From assembly GCA_945907765.1 (NCBI GenBank), contig CAMDTO010000001.1, positions 28,083-92,082 on the forward strand: a stretch of DNA of 64,000 nt, in the 5' to 3' direction. The notes beneath the pieces are model-generated. The model did not search any database and had not been told where the DNA came from. It saw only the letters and a program-made list of their open reading frames with translations. The position numbers and the translations under genes are program-made. Each line of letters starts with the position of its first letter. The first letter of the stretch is position 1. Source of the stretch: Thermoflexus hugenholtzii JAD2. GTDB taxonomy: Bacteria > Chloroflexota > UBA11872 > UBA12225. Positions 37,386 through 52,065 of the stretch are shown here, piece by piece.

Positions 37386-38306
37386 TTGCGGGGGAACGCA
37401 CGCGTGACGACTGACCAATTCGCCATCGCCCTGCAGTCCGCGGTTGACTGGGTTTGGAGCCCAGTTCCGGGGTCGGAGTATCCGTGGGCTGCTGTGGTGT
37501 CCCTTTTGGTCGCCGTGGTTGCTGGTGTGGCGACCTACGTCTTTGCCGTGCCCCGAATTCGTGAGTGGTGGAACGACGACACGGTTCGGCCAGACGAGGA
37601 TGAACGAGGCGTCTCAACCGTCGAACTCTCGCTCATGGAACACCTTCTCGAGTTGCGCAACCGGTTCGTCATCATGGCGGCGGCGCTCGGTCTCGGGACG
37701 ATCGTGGCATTTGTCTTCTACCGTACGTGGATGGAGATTGCGTTGTGGCCGCTGAATGGCCACGAACTCCAGGCAATCACGCCGACTGAGAAGGTTGTGG
37801 CGTACTTCAAGGTCTCACTTGTTGTCGCCCTCGTCTTCGTGATGCCGATCATTCTCTACCAGGTGTGGATGTACGTTGCGCCTGGACTGACACGCCGGGA
37901 GCGTCGCTACATCGTTGCATTTGTTCCGGGTGCGACGTTCTCATTCGTCTGTGGCGTTGCGTTCGCCTACTTTGCCCTGATGCCGGCGGCACTGACGTTC
38001 CTGCTTGGGTTCGGTGACGACTCGATCAAGGTCGTGCCGACCGTGGCGAGTTACATCGACTTCGTGACCCGATTGCTCGTGGCCGTCGGTGGGGTCTTCC
38101 AGTTGCCGCTGATCATGTTCATCCTCACCAAGGTTGGCGTAGTTAACCCCGGCATGTTCGGCAAGTGGAGGCGGTACGTGATTGTCCTGGCGTTCATTGT
38201 CGGCGCGATTGTCACGCCGACGCCGGATCCCTTCAACCAGTTGCTTGTCGCGATTCCGGTAATGATGCTCTACGAGTTCGGCGCACTCCTCGCCCGGTTC
38301 GCTTAG
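37386..38306 (+). CDS. tatC: Sec-independent protein translocase TatC (possible N-terminal extension)
   Basis: 'LSLMEHLLELRNRF' is the TatC N-terminal signature, followed by 6 TM segments. Alternative starts are GTG 37404 or ATG 37635. Confidence 0.8.
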   Translation: MRGNARVTTDQFAIALQSAVDWVWSPVPGSEYPWAAVVSLLVAVVAGVATYVFAVPRIREWWNDDTVRPDEDERGVSTVELSLMEHLLELRNRFVIMAAALGLGTIVAFVFYRTWMEIALWPLNGHELQAITPTEKVVAYFKVSLVVALVFVMPIILYQVWMYVAPGLTRRERRYIVAFVPGATFSFVCGVAFAYFALMPAALTFLLGFGDDSIKVVPTVASYIDFVTRLLVAVGGVFQLPLIMFILTKVGVVNPGMFGKWRRYVIVLAFIVGAIVTPTPDPFNQLLVAIPVMMLYEFGALLARFA

Positions 38307-38322
38307 GCGAGACCCCAGCGCT

Positions 38323-39381
38323 TTAGTGTCTCGCCTGATTCAGGGCTTCCTGCAAATCGGCAGGCAGCGGCGATTCGCAGACCATGTCCAGGCCGTCGGG
38401 GCGACGGAACGCCAGATGAGCGGCGTGCAGGAACTGACGCCCGACCGCGATGGTTGGTTGCGGACGCCCGTACACCGTGTCACCAGTGACCGGAATGCTG
38501 ATTGATGCAAGGTGCACACGGATCTGGTGCGTGCGTCCGGTAACAATCTTGCATTCGATCAAGGTGTGCTTGGCGAACTGTTCGACGGTCCTGAAGTACG
38601 TGAGGGCGTTGCGACCTCCCCGTGGAATGCTCACGAGGGCCATTTCGTCGGGTCGGTCGGGTCGCCTGCCGATTGGTGCGTCAATTGCTCCGCGGTCGGT
38701 GCGGGGGTGACCGTCCACCAGTGCGAGGTACCGCTTCTCAACGGTTCGGTCACGGAACTGCGCCTGCAGGAGGGCCAATGCGCGCTCGTGCTTTGCGACG
38801 ACGATCAGTCCGGATGTGTCGCGGTCGAGGCGGTGGACGATGCCGGGACGGATCGTGCCGTTGATGGCCTGCAGGTCAGGAAGCCGCGCCAGCAAGGCAT
38901 TCACGAGCGTTCCACGTGGATGTCCGGGCGCCGGATGGACCACCATGCCAGCGGCCTTGTTCACAATCACGATATCCGCATCTTCGTAGACGACATCAAT
39001 CGGGATCGCTTCGGCGATGAGATGGGTTTCGACGACGGCGGGGACAATGACCGTCACGGTCTGGCCGAGTCGGACCTTCGTTGCGGCATCGGCCTGCATG
39101 CCATTCACGCGCACCTCGCCGGAACTGATGAGGGCCTGTACACGCATCCTGGAGAGGCCGGGGCCGTGGGTCACCACAAAGCGATCAAGGCGATGCCCCT
39201 GATCCGGTTCGTGGACGGGGAGGTTCCACGTCGTTGGTGCTTCTGGGTCTAGGGCAAGATCCAGAGCATTTTCATCGAACGCCAAGTTGGCCGGTGGGTC
39301 GCTTGCACTTCCATCAGGGAAGCCGGCAGCCAAGTGCGGGGTGGGGTGATCATTGATGGGTAGTGATTGCGCGATGGTCAT
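38323..39381 (-). CDS. rluD: RluA/RluD-family 23S rRNA pseudouridine synthase
   Basis: An S4 domain, then 'HRLDRDTSGLIVVAK' and 'GRTHQIRVH' motifs. Confidence 0.85.
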   Translation of the reverse strand: MTIAQSLPINDHPTPHLAAGFPDGSASDPPANLAFDENALDLALDPEAPTTWNLPVHEPDQGHRLDRFVVTHGPGLSRMRVQALISSGEVRVNGMQADAATKVRLGQTVTVIVPAVVETHLIAEAIPIDVVYEDADIVIVNKAAGMVVHPAPGHPRGTLVNALLARLPDLQAINGTIRPGIVHRLDRDTSGLIVVAKHERALALLQAQFRDRTVEKRYLALVDGHPRTDRGAIDAPIGRRPDRPDEMALVSIPRGGRNALTYFRTVEQFAKHTLIECKIVTGRTHQIRVHLASISIPVTGDTVYGRPQPTIAVGRQFLHAAHLAFRRPDGLDMVCESPLPADLQEALNQARH

Positions 39382-39968
39382 CCCTCATTCTGGATTAGGA
39401 GTGCGGCGACGAGCACAACGACACCCACACAAATGGCACTGTCGGCAACATTGAAAATCGCGAAATGAAACTGCAGCTCGTCGATGTGAAACTCGATGAA
39501 GTCGACGACCGCGCCAAGTCGCACCCGGTCAATGATGTTTCCGATTGCGCCTCCAACTTGAAGGGCAAGCGCAATCCGAACCCATAGGCGTCTGGTCTCG
39601 ACTGTCCGGTAGACGTAGACGATCACGCTGCAAATTGCGAGTGAGAGAGGCAGCAAGACGTCACCGAATTGACGGAACATCCCAAATGCGACCCCACGGT
39701 TCGTGATGTAATGCAGGGCGACCCACGGCATCACCGGGATGGTTTCCCCGAGGCTCATCGACGAAACCACCAGGAACTTCGTCACCTGATCGACAGTCAC
39801 AATCACGCTTGCGACAACGGCAAGCATTCCCCAACGCACGAGGGGAGTGGCCCACGGCACACGTGCCGTGGCTTGTCCACCATCCACGGATTGCTGTTGG
39901 GGTGCGGGTGAGGCCGAAAGGGCCGATGCCGTTTCGGCCTCCGAGGCAACCGGACCGCGTGTTGTCAT
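39378..39968 (-). CDS. lspA: lipoprotein signal peptidase II
   Basis: 'NRGVAFGM' and 'FNVADSAI' motifs. It overlaps rluD by 4 nt. Confidence 0.8.
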   Translation of the reverse strand: MTTRGPVASEAETASALSASPAPQQQSVDGGQATARVPWATPLVRWGMLAVVASVIVTVDQVTKFLVVSSMSLGETIPVMPWVALHYITNRGVAFGMFRQFGDVLLPLSLAICSVIVYVYRTVETRRLWVRIALALQVGGAIGNIIDRVRLGAVVDFIEFHIDELQFHFAIFNVADSAICVGVVVLVAALLIQNEG

Positions 39969-40080
39969 GCCAAGAAAAGGATACCGGTATCGCGCCCTAC
40001 GACAGTCGGCGGGCCACTATGGTGGCGCGTGTGCAGTCAGTGTCGCTTCGGGCCGATTTGGTGAGGGCTGCCTTGAAGTC

Positions 40081-40113
40081 GGCCCCTGAGGGTGGGTAAC
40101 CACCCCCAGGGGC
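40081..40113 (-). terminator. stable 14 bp stem-loop immediately downstream of the DHDPS-like gene (putative terminator, weak U-tract)
   Basis: gcccctgagggtgg-gtaa-ccacccccaggggc with one mismatch. It is followed on the plus strand by tggtttcttgtc. Confidence 0.3.
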
Positions 40114-40123
40114 TGGTTTCTTG

Positions 40124-41089
40124 TCAGGGGCGGGTCACTGGGGTGCGCACGGTGAAGTGGGGCGAAAGTGCGTTCAGGATCAGTTCGAGTTCTTCATGGT
40201 CATGTGCATCGAGCGTCAGGCCAGCAAGACGCTTGTACGGTGAGGCGATGATGCGTCGTCGGTACAGGACTTCCTTGTAGATGGCCGTTCCGAATGCTGC
40301 CTCGATGTTGAGCAGCGGAAGCAGGTCATTGAAAAGGGCGCGTGCCTCGTTCAGGTCGCCGCCGTCGATCAGGTTCCACACTTGGGAATGGACATCAGCA
40401 CTTTCGCAAGCTGGCATCGTGCCACAGGCGCCGCGTCGAACCTCGTCGAAGAGATAGCGTCCGGCCTTGCCCCCCATGATCCCCTTGCAGTGTTCTCCGG
40501 CGTTCGCGATGGTGTGCGAGATCTTGAACCCCGTGTTCTGGGATTCCTCCTTGATGTACTGGACCAGCCCGATCTCGCGGCACAGGCGAACGATGAAGTC
40601 GGCGGACATGGGGTGACCAATGCCGTTCGTCTTGTCGTGGTTCTGGATGTAGATCGGGAGGCCAGCACCTTCGGCGAGGGACGCATAGAAGTCGAAAATG
40701 TGCGCCTCGTCAGTAGGTTCCTGGTAGGCGGGCATGGAGATCACGGCATCGGCGCCGGTGTCACGGGCATGGCGGGCGTAGGCAACGGCTTCGGCAGTCG
40801 TCTCGGCGCAGACCCCGATGACCGCTGGGACGACGCCTTTCTTGCCCGCGCGCGCGATCTCTTCAACCGTTGCGCGGTTGACCGTGTGACGCTCCTCGAT
40901 GGTGAGGGTGCTGAACTCACTGGCGTTGACCGGGGTCACGATGCCGTGCGTGCCGGCTTCCAGGCAGAACGCGAGGGTGCTTCGCAGGGACGCCTCGTCA
41001 AATGCGCCAGTATCAGTGAACGGGGTGACAGGAATTGCAAAGAGGCCACGGTGCTGGGTTGTCATTGGTGTCATTCCTCCAATCGGCAC
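40124..41089 (-). CDS. dihydrodipicolinate synthase family lyase (second paralog)
   Basis: 'FAIPVTPFTD' and 'GTHGIVTPVNASEFSTLTIEER' are DHDPS-family motifs. Confidence 0.75.
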   Translation of the reverse strand: MPIGGMTPMTTQHRGLFAIPVTPFTDTGAFDEASLRSTLAFCLEAGTHGIVTPVNASEFSTLTIEERHTVNRATVEEIARAGKKGVVPAVIGVCAETTAEAVAYARHARDTGADAVISMPAYQEPTDEAHIFDFYASLAEGAGLPIYIQNHDKTNGIGHPMSADFIVRLCREIGLVQYIKEESQNTGFKISHTIANAGEHCKGIMGGKAGRYLFDEVRRGACGTMPACESADVHSQVWNLIDGGDLNEARALFNDLLPLLNIEAAFGTAIYKEVLYRRRIIASPYKRLAGLTLDAHDHEELELILNALSPHFTVRTPVTRP

Positions 41090-41099
41090 TTCGCCTCAA

Positions 41100-41915
41100 T
41101 CAGGCGCCCTGGTTCCAGTCGGACCCTGCAAGGAAGCCTCCGTCGACCGCAATGACCTGGCCAGTCACGAAGTCTGAAGCACCGCCCGCCAGGAATACCG
41201 CCGTTGGCGATACATCCGCTGGTGCACCGAACCGACCGGCCGGAATGCGTGAAAGCACCCACGTCTTTCGAGGTTCAACCCCGATGAAGTTGCGGTTGAG
41301 ATCGGTGAGGATGAAGCCGGGCGCGATGCAGTTTGCCTGGATGTTTGTTGGCGCAAGCTCGACGGCAAGCGCCTTGGTGAGCAGGGCGACACCACCCTTG
41401 CTGGCGGCGTAGGCGGACATTCCGGGGGCGACACCCTGGACCGATGCGAGCGAACCGACCGTGATGATCTTGCCGCTGACTGTTCGCGCACTTCCGTCGG
41501 CGGGGGTCATCGCCTTGGTTGCCGCCTGGCACCCGAAGTACAGACCGCGAAGGTTCGTTCCGACAACGACGTCGTAGTCATCTTCGGTCACGTCAACGAT
41601 CTTCTTGCGGCGGTTCGTGCCGGCGACAGGAACGTAGATGTCCAGGTGTCCGAAGTGGGCGACGGTTTCGGCGACGGCACGCTCGTTATCGGCGCGGCTG
41701 TTCACGTCACCGCAGATGGCGATCGTGTGTCCAGGTCCGATCTCGGCCACGAGCGTTTCGAGATCTGAAGTGGTCCTGGACATCGCGGCAATCGATGCAC
41801 CTGCGTGGGCAAGGGCGATCGCGATGGCGCGCCCGATGCCACGGCTGGCACCCGTGATGAGGGCGACCCGTCCGGTAAGGTCGAACGGCCCGACGCCGGT
41901 TGATGGGGTAGTCAT
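41100..41915 (-). CDS. SDR-family oxidoreductase
   Basis: 'ALITGASRGIGRAIA' and 'YAASKGGV' motifs. Confidence 0.8.
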   Translation of the reverse strand: MTTPSTGVGPFDLTGRVALITGASRGIGRAIAIALAHAGASIAAMSRTTSDLETLVAEIGPGHTIAICGDVNSRADNERAVAETVAHFGHLDIYVPVAGTNRRKKIVDVTEDDYDVVVGTNLRGLYFGCQAATKAMTPADGSARTVSGKIITVGSLASVQGVAPGMSAYAASKGGVALLTKALAVELAPTNIQANCIAPGFILTDLNRNFIGVEPRKTWVLSRIPAGRFGAPADVSPTAVFLAGGASDFVTGQVIAVDGGFLAGSDWNQGA

Positions 41916-42031
41916 GGTTCTCTCTCCTTGGACGCCGGTCAGCGTGCCATCGTCGCCCGATCATCCGGGCAATCGCTTGGACATTCGCACCCCGGCGCTG
42001 GCCGACACGTGCCGTGCCGCGCGTCATCGTA

Positions 42032-42991
42032 CTACGTCCGCGACGGTTCCCAGACAACGATCAGGATGCCCGCCAGGATCACCCCTGCCCCGGCAATGGA
42101 CGTGTATGTCGGCATTTCGCCGAACAGCCACGCCGTCAAGATGACACCACCGATCACTTCCAACATCGCGATGATGTTCGCAGCCGTCGCCGGGATGCGT
42201 CGCAGGGCTGCGTTGTACAAGGTGTGCCCGGTCCCGAGTGGGGCCACACCGAGGGCAACGATCGCCAACCCTGATGGAACATCGTAGGTTGACCCGCCCA
42301 TGGTCCAGATCGCGGCGGGTAGAAGCCAGATCGCACCCCACAGGTAGACCCCGAACGTGTACTCGAACAGCGAGTGCTGGTTGCGGGCCTGGCGCCCAAT
42401 GATCGAGTAGATGCCGAATGTGACGGCAGTGAACAGGGCCATTCCGTCACCGATGAGGCTGCGTGCGTTCAAGGTCGGTTCGAACCCAGTCAGGAATACT
42501 GCGCCGGCCACAGCAATCCCGATCCCGATCCATGCCTGTGGGCGGATCGATTCGTGCAGGAAGACGTGGGCGAATATTGCGACGAAGACCGGTGCCGTGT
42601 ACGTGATCGCGAGTGAATGTGCGGTGCTGGTGAACCCAAGTGACGCGATGTATGAACCGAAGTGGACGGCGACAAGCAGTCCGTACATGGCGAACTTTGG
42701 GGTAGCGATGGCACGGAAATTGATACCGATGCCCGCCTCAGCAGTCTTGGTGGTTGCTCGGGTCGCAATTGACGAGACGATCAGGATCGTCGCTGCACCA
42801 GTCAGCAGTCGCCAGAACGTGATCTCGATTGGGCCGACAAGCGGTGCATACCGAACTAGCGCGGGCGAGGTGCTGAAGAGTGACACTGCGATCACCGCGA
42901 AGAGGTAGCCAAGGCGCCGGGAACCCGCTTCACTGGCGCTCGCAGGTGTCTGAACGTCATAGGTGCGATGCGAGGCGGTGGGTTCTGACAC
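42032..42991 (-). CDS. DMT-superfamily (EamA-like) transporter
   Basis: Ten hydrophobic segments with two EamA-like halves. Confidence 0.7.
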   Translation of the reverse strand: MSEPTASHRTYDVQTPASASEAGSRRLGYLFAVIAVSLFSTSPALVRYAPLVGPIEITFWRLLTGAATILIVSSIATRATTKTAEAGIGINFRAIATPKFAMYGLLVAVHFGSYIASLGFTSTAHSLAITYTAPVFVAIFAHVFLHESIRPQAWIGIGIAVAGAVFLTGFEPTLNARSLIGDGMALFTAVTFGIYSIIGRQARNQHSLFEYTFGVYLWGAIWLLPAAIWTMGGSTYDVPSGLAIVALGVAPLGTGHTLYNAALRRIPATAANIIAMLEVIGGVILTAWLFGEMPTYTSIAGAGVILAGILIVVWEPSRT

Positions 42992-43283
42992 GCCTTGTTG
43001 GCCTTTGCGCGCTCAACGTTTGGGGGATGGCGCGTGACCCCACGCGCCCCGAATGGTCTCACATGATAGGAAGGGGTGTCGCACTCCACGGTTTCAGGGC
43101 CATCCTGATTCACCCTGGGCCGGCCGGGCTGGTTAGTTTCCCGCACGCGTCCGGTCTCACCTGAAGCTCATCCTGAGGCTGCTCAGGTCATGCAGCCCTC
43201 AGGGATCAGATCAGCCGGGCACCGCGCAGTCCGATCCGCATGAGTGGATGCTGGAACGGACGGCGAAGATGAGGAAGAGTGGC

Positions 43284-46544
<3,261 letters not shown>

Positions 46545-46605
46545 GGCGGACAGGGATGGGTGGATCCCGGTATTGGGGGTGTCATCGGTCACGTCGTGAT
46601 CTTCC

Positions 46606-47850
46606 TCAGCCAATGGTTTCGAGCGAGTCGACGAAGCGGTCGAAAAGGTACTGGTTGTCTTGGGGCCCTGGGCTTGCCTCAGGGTGGTACTGCACGGTGA
46701 AGACTGGAAGTTCGCGATGGGCGAGGCCTTCGACCGATCCGTCGTTGACGTTGACGTGGCTGACGGTGAAGCCGCTGGCGTCCGGGATGGTGGTCGCGTC
46801 GACCTGGAAGCCGTGGTTCTGGGAGGTGATGTAGACCCGTCCGGTGGTGACGTCGCGCACGGGATGGTTCGCCCCGCGGTGCCCGAAGCGGAGGCGTGAG
46901 GTCTGGGCGCCGATCGCCAATCCCATTACCTGGTGACCCAGACAGACGGCGGTCAGGGCCATGCGACCACTTGCGACAGGGCCGTCGAGGAGGGTTCGAA
47001 GCGTCTGGACAGTGGTGGCAAGGGCAGCGGCGCTTGGGTCGCCCGGACCATTGCCTATGACGACGCCGGCCGGTTCGAGGGCCAGGATTTCTTCGGCACT
47101 GGTGTGGTAGGGAACGATCACGGTATCCAGGCCCCGACGTGCTAGAGACCGTGCGATGTTGTGTTTGACGCCGCAGTCGATGAGGACAACCCGGTGGGCG
47201 TGCCGGGACCGTGGCGGTGCAGCGAATGGCGCCCAAGTGTCGTGGTCTACAAGACCCAATGCTGAGGTACTGACGCCTTCGACAAGTTCCTGGTCCTCAA
47301 GGACGGGGAGACCTCTCGCGATACCGGAAAGGTACTCAGCTTCGGTCCTGGCTCCGGGTGTCCGGCCATTGATCCATGCACCGGCGTCGTCATCATCGGC
47401 GATCGTTCCGGTCCGCGGGGGGGCGAGGCAGGCCCGCATGGCACCGTGCATGCGGAGATGGCGGGTGAGCGACCGGGTGTCGATTCCTTCCACGATGGGA
47501 ATGCCGTGTTGGCCCAGCCATGTGGACAGCGATCCGTTGGTGCGCCAATTGCTCGGACCAGTGCAGTATTCCCTCACGACAAGGGCATTGATCCACGGGC
47601 GCGCACTCTCGAAGTCGTCGGCATTGATCCCGTAGTTGTCGATGAGTGGATAGGTGAGGGTGGTGATCTGACCCCGGAACGATGGATCCGTGCAGATCTC
47701 CTGGTAGCCAGTCATGGCCGTGCAAAAGACGGCTTCCCCACCGGTTCCGGAAGCGGCGTCATCATGGGCAGACTGGCCGGGGTCGAGGGCGCGGAAGCCG
47801 AAAAATGACCGTCCGTCTTCAAGGGCGAGGATGAACCTGGGTGCCGACAT
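46606..47850 (-). CDS. carA: carbamoyl-phosphate synthase small subunit
   Basis: '[12 protein letters not shown]' and a GATase 'CLGHQ' motif. Confidence 0.9.
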   Translation of the reverse strand: MSAPRFILALEDGRSFFGFRALDPGQSAHDDAASGTGGEAVFCTAMTGYQEICTDPSFRGQITTLTYPLIDNYGINADDFESARPWINALVVREYCTGPSNWRTNGSLSTWLGQHGIPIVEGIDTRSLTRHLRMHGAMRACLAPPRTGTIADDDDAGAWINGRTPGARTEAEYLSGIARGLPVLEDQELVEGVSTSALGLVDHDTWAPFAAPPRSRHAHRVVLIDCGVKHNIARSLARRGLDTVIVPYHTSAEEILALEPAGVVIGNGPGDPSAAALATTVQTLRTLLDGPVASGRMALTAVCLGHQVMGLAIGAQTSRLRFGHRGANHPVRDVTTGRVYITSQNHGFQVDATTIPDASGFTVSHVNVNDGSVEGLAHRELPVFTVQYHPEASPGPQDNQYLFDRFVDSLETIG

Positions 47851-47988
47851 GATTACCGCTGTCCTTTCGCGAGAAGAGCCCGGCCGATCAGGGCCGGCTC
47901 TCCCAACAAGGGCCCTGATGCGACGGGCGAGGGTGAGACCCCTAACCCCAACTTCTCCACCGTTGCCTGGTGAGAGGGGAGAAGCTTG

Positions 47989-49476
47989 CTACGCGCTTCG
48001 ATCACAGATGACCTCCCCTCCGACGATGGTTTGAATGACCTGGCCACGCAGGATGTGACCGGCCAGTGGGGTGTTGCGACCCTTTGACCGGAACTGAGTC
48101 GGGTCGACGCACCATTCGCGGTCTGGGTCGAAGATGGTCACGTCGCCAGCCATACCGGGAAGCAGGGTGCCGGACGCCAATCCAAAGACGCGGGCGGGCC
48201 GGATGGTCAAGGCCGCGATGGCTTCCACAAGCGTGAGACCACCGGCATGGACGACGGCGAGGACACTCCCCAATGCCGTTTCCAGGTTCGAGATGCCGGA
48301 CGCAGCGGCCTGGTATTCGCAATGCTTGTCAGTGGTGGCGTGGGGTGCGTGGTCGGTGGCGATGCAGTCGATGACTCCATCGCGCAGACCAGCTGCCATT
48401 GCGAGGCTGTCGGGCGTCTCGCGCAGGGGAGGGTTGACCTTGGTGCTGGTGTCGTACGCGGGCAGGGACGCCGTGGCTGACCACCAGTGGCCTCCAACGA
48501 GCGTGTCGGTGAGCGTGAGATGGTGCGGGGTCACCTCCGCGGTGACGTGGACGCCGCGGGACCGTGCCCGCCGGATGAAATCGAGGGTCCCCGCGGAAGA
48601 GACGTGGGCGACGTGCAAGTGGGCGCCGGTCAGGGCAGCGAGTTCGCAGTCCCGCGCGACGATGATTTCCTCGGCGGCTCGGGGCCACCCGGCGAGGCCA
48701 AGCCGTGCCGAGACTGACCCCTCATGCATCTGGGCGCCGGTGGTAAGTGCGCGGTCTTCGGCATGCTGGACAACCGGGCGACCGGTTGTGCGACTGTACG
48801 CAAGGGCATTGCGCATCAGGGCGCTGTCGGTCACGCAGTCGCCGTCATCCGAGTACGCCACGACCCCGGCGGTTGCGAGTTCAATCAGGTCGGCGAGTGC
48901 CTTGCCCTTGCGTCCCCGGGTGATCGCGCCGATGACGTAGACCCGTACGGACCCCTGGCGTCGGGCGGTGTCGCGGATGAAGTCGACGACGGCTGTGGTG
49001 TCGATGGCGGGTTCGGTGTTTGGCATGGCGCAGACGGTCGTGAACCCCCCGGCGGCGGCGGCGGCTGTGCCGGTTGCGATCGTTTCACGATATTCGAAAC
49101 CCGGTTCACGGAGGTGGGTGTGCAAGTCAACGAAGCCGGGCGTGACGATAAGCCCCCGGGCGTCGATGACCTGTGCTCCGGGCGGCGCATCGATTCCGAT
49201 GCCCACGGAGTCAACGAACCCGTCGCGAACGGCAATGTCCGTGATGGCGTCGATACCCTGTCCCGGGTCGATCACACGCCCGCCTCGGATCACCACGCTT
49301 CCAAGGAACCGCCCGTGCGCGGTGGCGAGTCGGATCGGATCGTTGTTCTGATTGCTCACTACCTGAGGCCTTTCATGCTGCGTTCCCGATCCCCCATCAT
49401 TGAAGGGGCGGGCAGCGATGCCCGCGGACCGACTGGGGAAGTCCCTAGACCGCCGGGCCGGCACGTCCGCCGGCAA
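47989..49476 (-). CDS. pyrC: dihydroorotase
   Basis: 'GFVDLHTHLREPG' is the metal-binding motif. The true start is probably downstream, around the GTG near 49362. Confidence 0.8.
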   Translation of the reverse strand: MPADVPARRSRDFPSRSAGIAARPFNDGGSGTQHERPQVVSNQNNDPIRLATAHGRFLGSVVIRGGRVIDPGQGIDAITDIAVRDGFVDSVGIGIDAPPGAQVIDARGLIVTPGFVDLHTHLREPGFEYRETIATGTAAAAAGGFTTVCAMPNTEPAIDTTAVVDFIRDTARRQGSVRVYVIGAITRGRKGKALADLIELATAGVVAYSDDGDCVTDSALMRNALAYSRTTGRPVVQHAEDRALTTGAQMHEGSVSARLGLAGWPRAAEEIIVARDCELAALTGAHLHVAHVSSAGTLDFIRRARSRGVHVTAEVTPHHLTLTDTLVGGHWWSATASLPAYDTSTKVNPPLRETPDSLAMAAGLRDGVIDCIATDHAPHATTDKHCEYQAAASGISNLETALGSVLAVVHAGGLTLVEAIAALTIRPARVFGLASGTLLPGMAGDVTIFDPDREWCVDPTQFRSKGRNTPLAGHILRGQVIQTIVGGEVICDRSA

Positions 49477-50416
49477 GGAGATACATAACGGCCATCCTGA
49501 CGGCGACCCCGTTCGTGACCTGGGCCTCGATAACGCTTTGTGGCCCGTATGCGACCTCGGGGCTGATCTCGACCCCTTCGTTCATTGGGCCGGGATGCAT
49601 CACAAGTGCTCCGAAGCGCGCTTTTGCGATCCGCTCGCGCGTAATTCCCCACTCGCGTGAGTACTCGCGCAGGCTAGGCAAGAGACCGGCGTCCATGCGT
49701 TCCCGCTGGACACGAAGTGCCATGACCACGTCGGCATCTCGCAAGGCCTCGTCGACATCGTGCGTCATGGTGACTGGACATGGCGTGGATATTCCTTTGG
49801 CGCGAAGCCCGGTGCTCACGGCGTCGGCAAAGCCGATTGGGAGCAACGTTGGCGGTGCACACAGGACAACCTGGGCCCCAAGCGTCGTGAACCCCCATGT
49901 GGCCGATCGTGCCACCCGGCTATGGAGGATGTCGCCGACAATCGCGACGCGACGACCCTCGATGGATCCGAGGCGGGACTGGACAGTGAAGAGGTCCAGG
50001 AGTGCCTGCGTGGGGTGGGCGTGCCATCCATCCCCCGCATTTATTATCGAGGCATCGAGTTCGCGTGCGACGAGATACGGTGCCCCTGATGCGCCATGGC
50101 GCATGATCACCATGTCGGCACCGAGGGCCTGCAGGGTGCGGGTCGTGTCGATGAGGGTCTCGCCCTTCTCGACGCTTGATCCACTGGCGGTGATGTTCAC
50201 GACATCGGCTGAGAGGTTCTTGGCGGCGAGTTCGAAGCTGACGCGCGTGCGCGTGCTGGCCTCGTAAAAGCAGTTGACAATGGTCTTGCCCCGGAGTGGA
50301 GGTACTCGCCGGATGGGCCGGGCGAGCACTTCCTTCATGGCCGCCGTAGTTTCTAGGACTTCGCGGAGTTCATCCGGCGTGAAGTCGTCGAGGTCGAGAA
50401 CGTCCTTGCGTCGCAT
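49445..50416 (-). CDS. pyrB: aspartate carbamoyltransferase catalytic subunit
   Basis: 'STRTRVSFE' and 'HPTQ' motifs. The start was chosen at MRRKDVLDL. Confidence 0.85.
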   Translation of the reverse strand: MRRKDVLDLDDFTPDELREVLETTAAMKEVLARPIRRVPPLRGKTIVNCFYEASTRTRVSFELAAKNLSADVVNITASGSSVEKGETLIDTTRTLQALGADMVIMRHGASGAPYLVARELDASIINAGDGWHAHPTQALLDLFTVQSRLGSIEGRRVAIVGDILHSRVARSATWGFTTLGAQVVLCAPPTLLPIGFADAVSTGLRAKGISTPCPVTMTHDVDEALRDADVVMALRVQRERMDAGLLPSLREYSREWGITRERIAKARFGALVMHPGPMNEGVEISPEVAYGPQSVIEAQVTNGVAVRMAVMYLLAGGRAGPAV

Positions 50417-50467
50417 GGGCTGTCCTTGAAGGCGCGGGGGCGGGGGCACGGATGCCCGCGGACCGAC

Positions 50468-51190
<723 letters not shown>

Positions 51191-51323
51191 AACTGAGTCG
51201 GTATGTTAGCAGGAAGTCTCGGGCGGCCGGCCGAATTCCGTCGCCTGTCGGTGGTGACAGTTCTCGCAAACTTTCGGCTTGAACCTTGGCTCTGACAATC
51301 ATGGATGCGCAGGTTCGGTTCGG

Positions 51324-52043
51324 TCAGTCGCCCAGATAGAGGCGTCGGGTGTCCGGATTCGCGAGGAGTTCGGCACCTGTGCCTTCGAGTCGGTTACGCC
51401 CGAGTTCGAGCAAGTAGGCGTGGTCGGCGAGTGCGAGTGCCTTGGCGGCATTCTGTTCGACGACGAGCATTGAGAGTCCCTCGGACTTCAGCATTGCCAG
51501 CGTTTCTAAGACGACCCTGACGAACCGCGGCGCAAGGCCGAGCGAAGGTTCATCGAGGAGGATCAGACGGGGTTGGATCATCAGGCCACGGGCAATCGCT
51601 ACCGTTTGCTGTTCGCCTCAGGACATGGTCCCGGCAAGTTGGGTGCGTCGTTCGGCGAGGCGCGGGAACAAGTCGTACACCCGCGCGAAGGCTTTTGCGC
51701 GGGTGGCTGCGTCACTTACGGTGAACGCGCCCATTTCCAAGTTGTCATGTACTGGCATCTGACCGAAGACAATCCGTCCTTGGGGAATGTAGGCGAGGCC
51801 AAGGGGCACCAGTCGGTCGGAACGCATTCCGCTAATCGCCTGTCCGTCGAAGGTGACGGTTCCAGAAGTCAGGCGTGCAAAGCCGGTGATCGCCTTGAAA
51901 ACGGTTGATTTGCCCGCCCCATTCGGGCCAATCAGGCTGACAAACTGGCCAGGACGCACGACCATGCGTATCCCACGCAGGACCGGGACGCGCCCGTACC
52001 CCGCGTGAAGGTCCGTGCAATTCAGGAGGATTTCGTCGTTCAT
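51324..52043 (-). pseudogene. livF: livF-like ABC ATPase, interrupted by in-frame TGA within the LSGGE signature
   Basis: The N-terminal half ORF ends '...LAGTMS*' and the downstream ORF continues 'GEQQTVAIARGLMIQPRLILLDEPS' in the same frame. The TGA at 51618-51620 replaces the GGA (Gly) codon. Confidence 0.7.
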
Positions 52044-52065
52044 GGTGGGGCAATGGTCGACCGGG

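Noticed and set aside
51618-51620. UGA to Gly genetic-code reassignment, suggested by TGA sitting exactly at a conserved Gly codon of livF.
   Set aside because: TGA is used as a normal stop for purH, pyrF and others in this window. The genome is high-GC, unlike the SR1/Gracilibacteria lineages that use this code. The neighbouring liv genes have other types of lesion. Nonsense mutation or decay is the simpler explanation.
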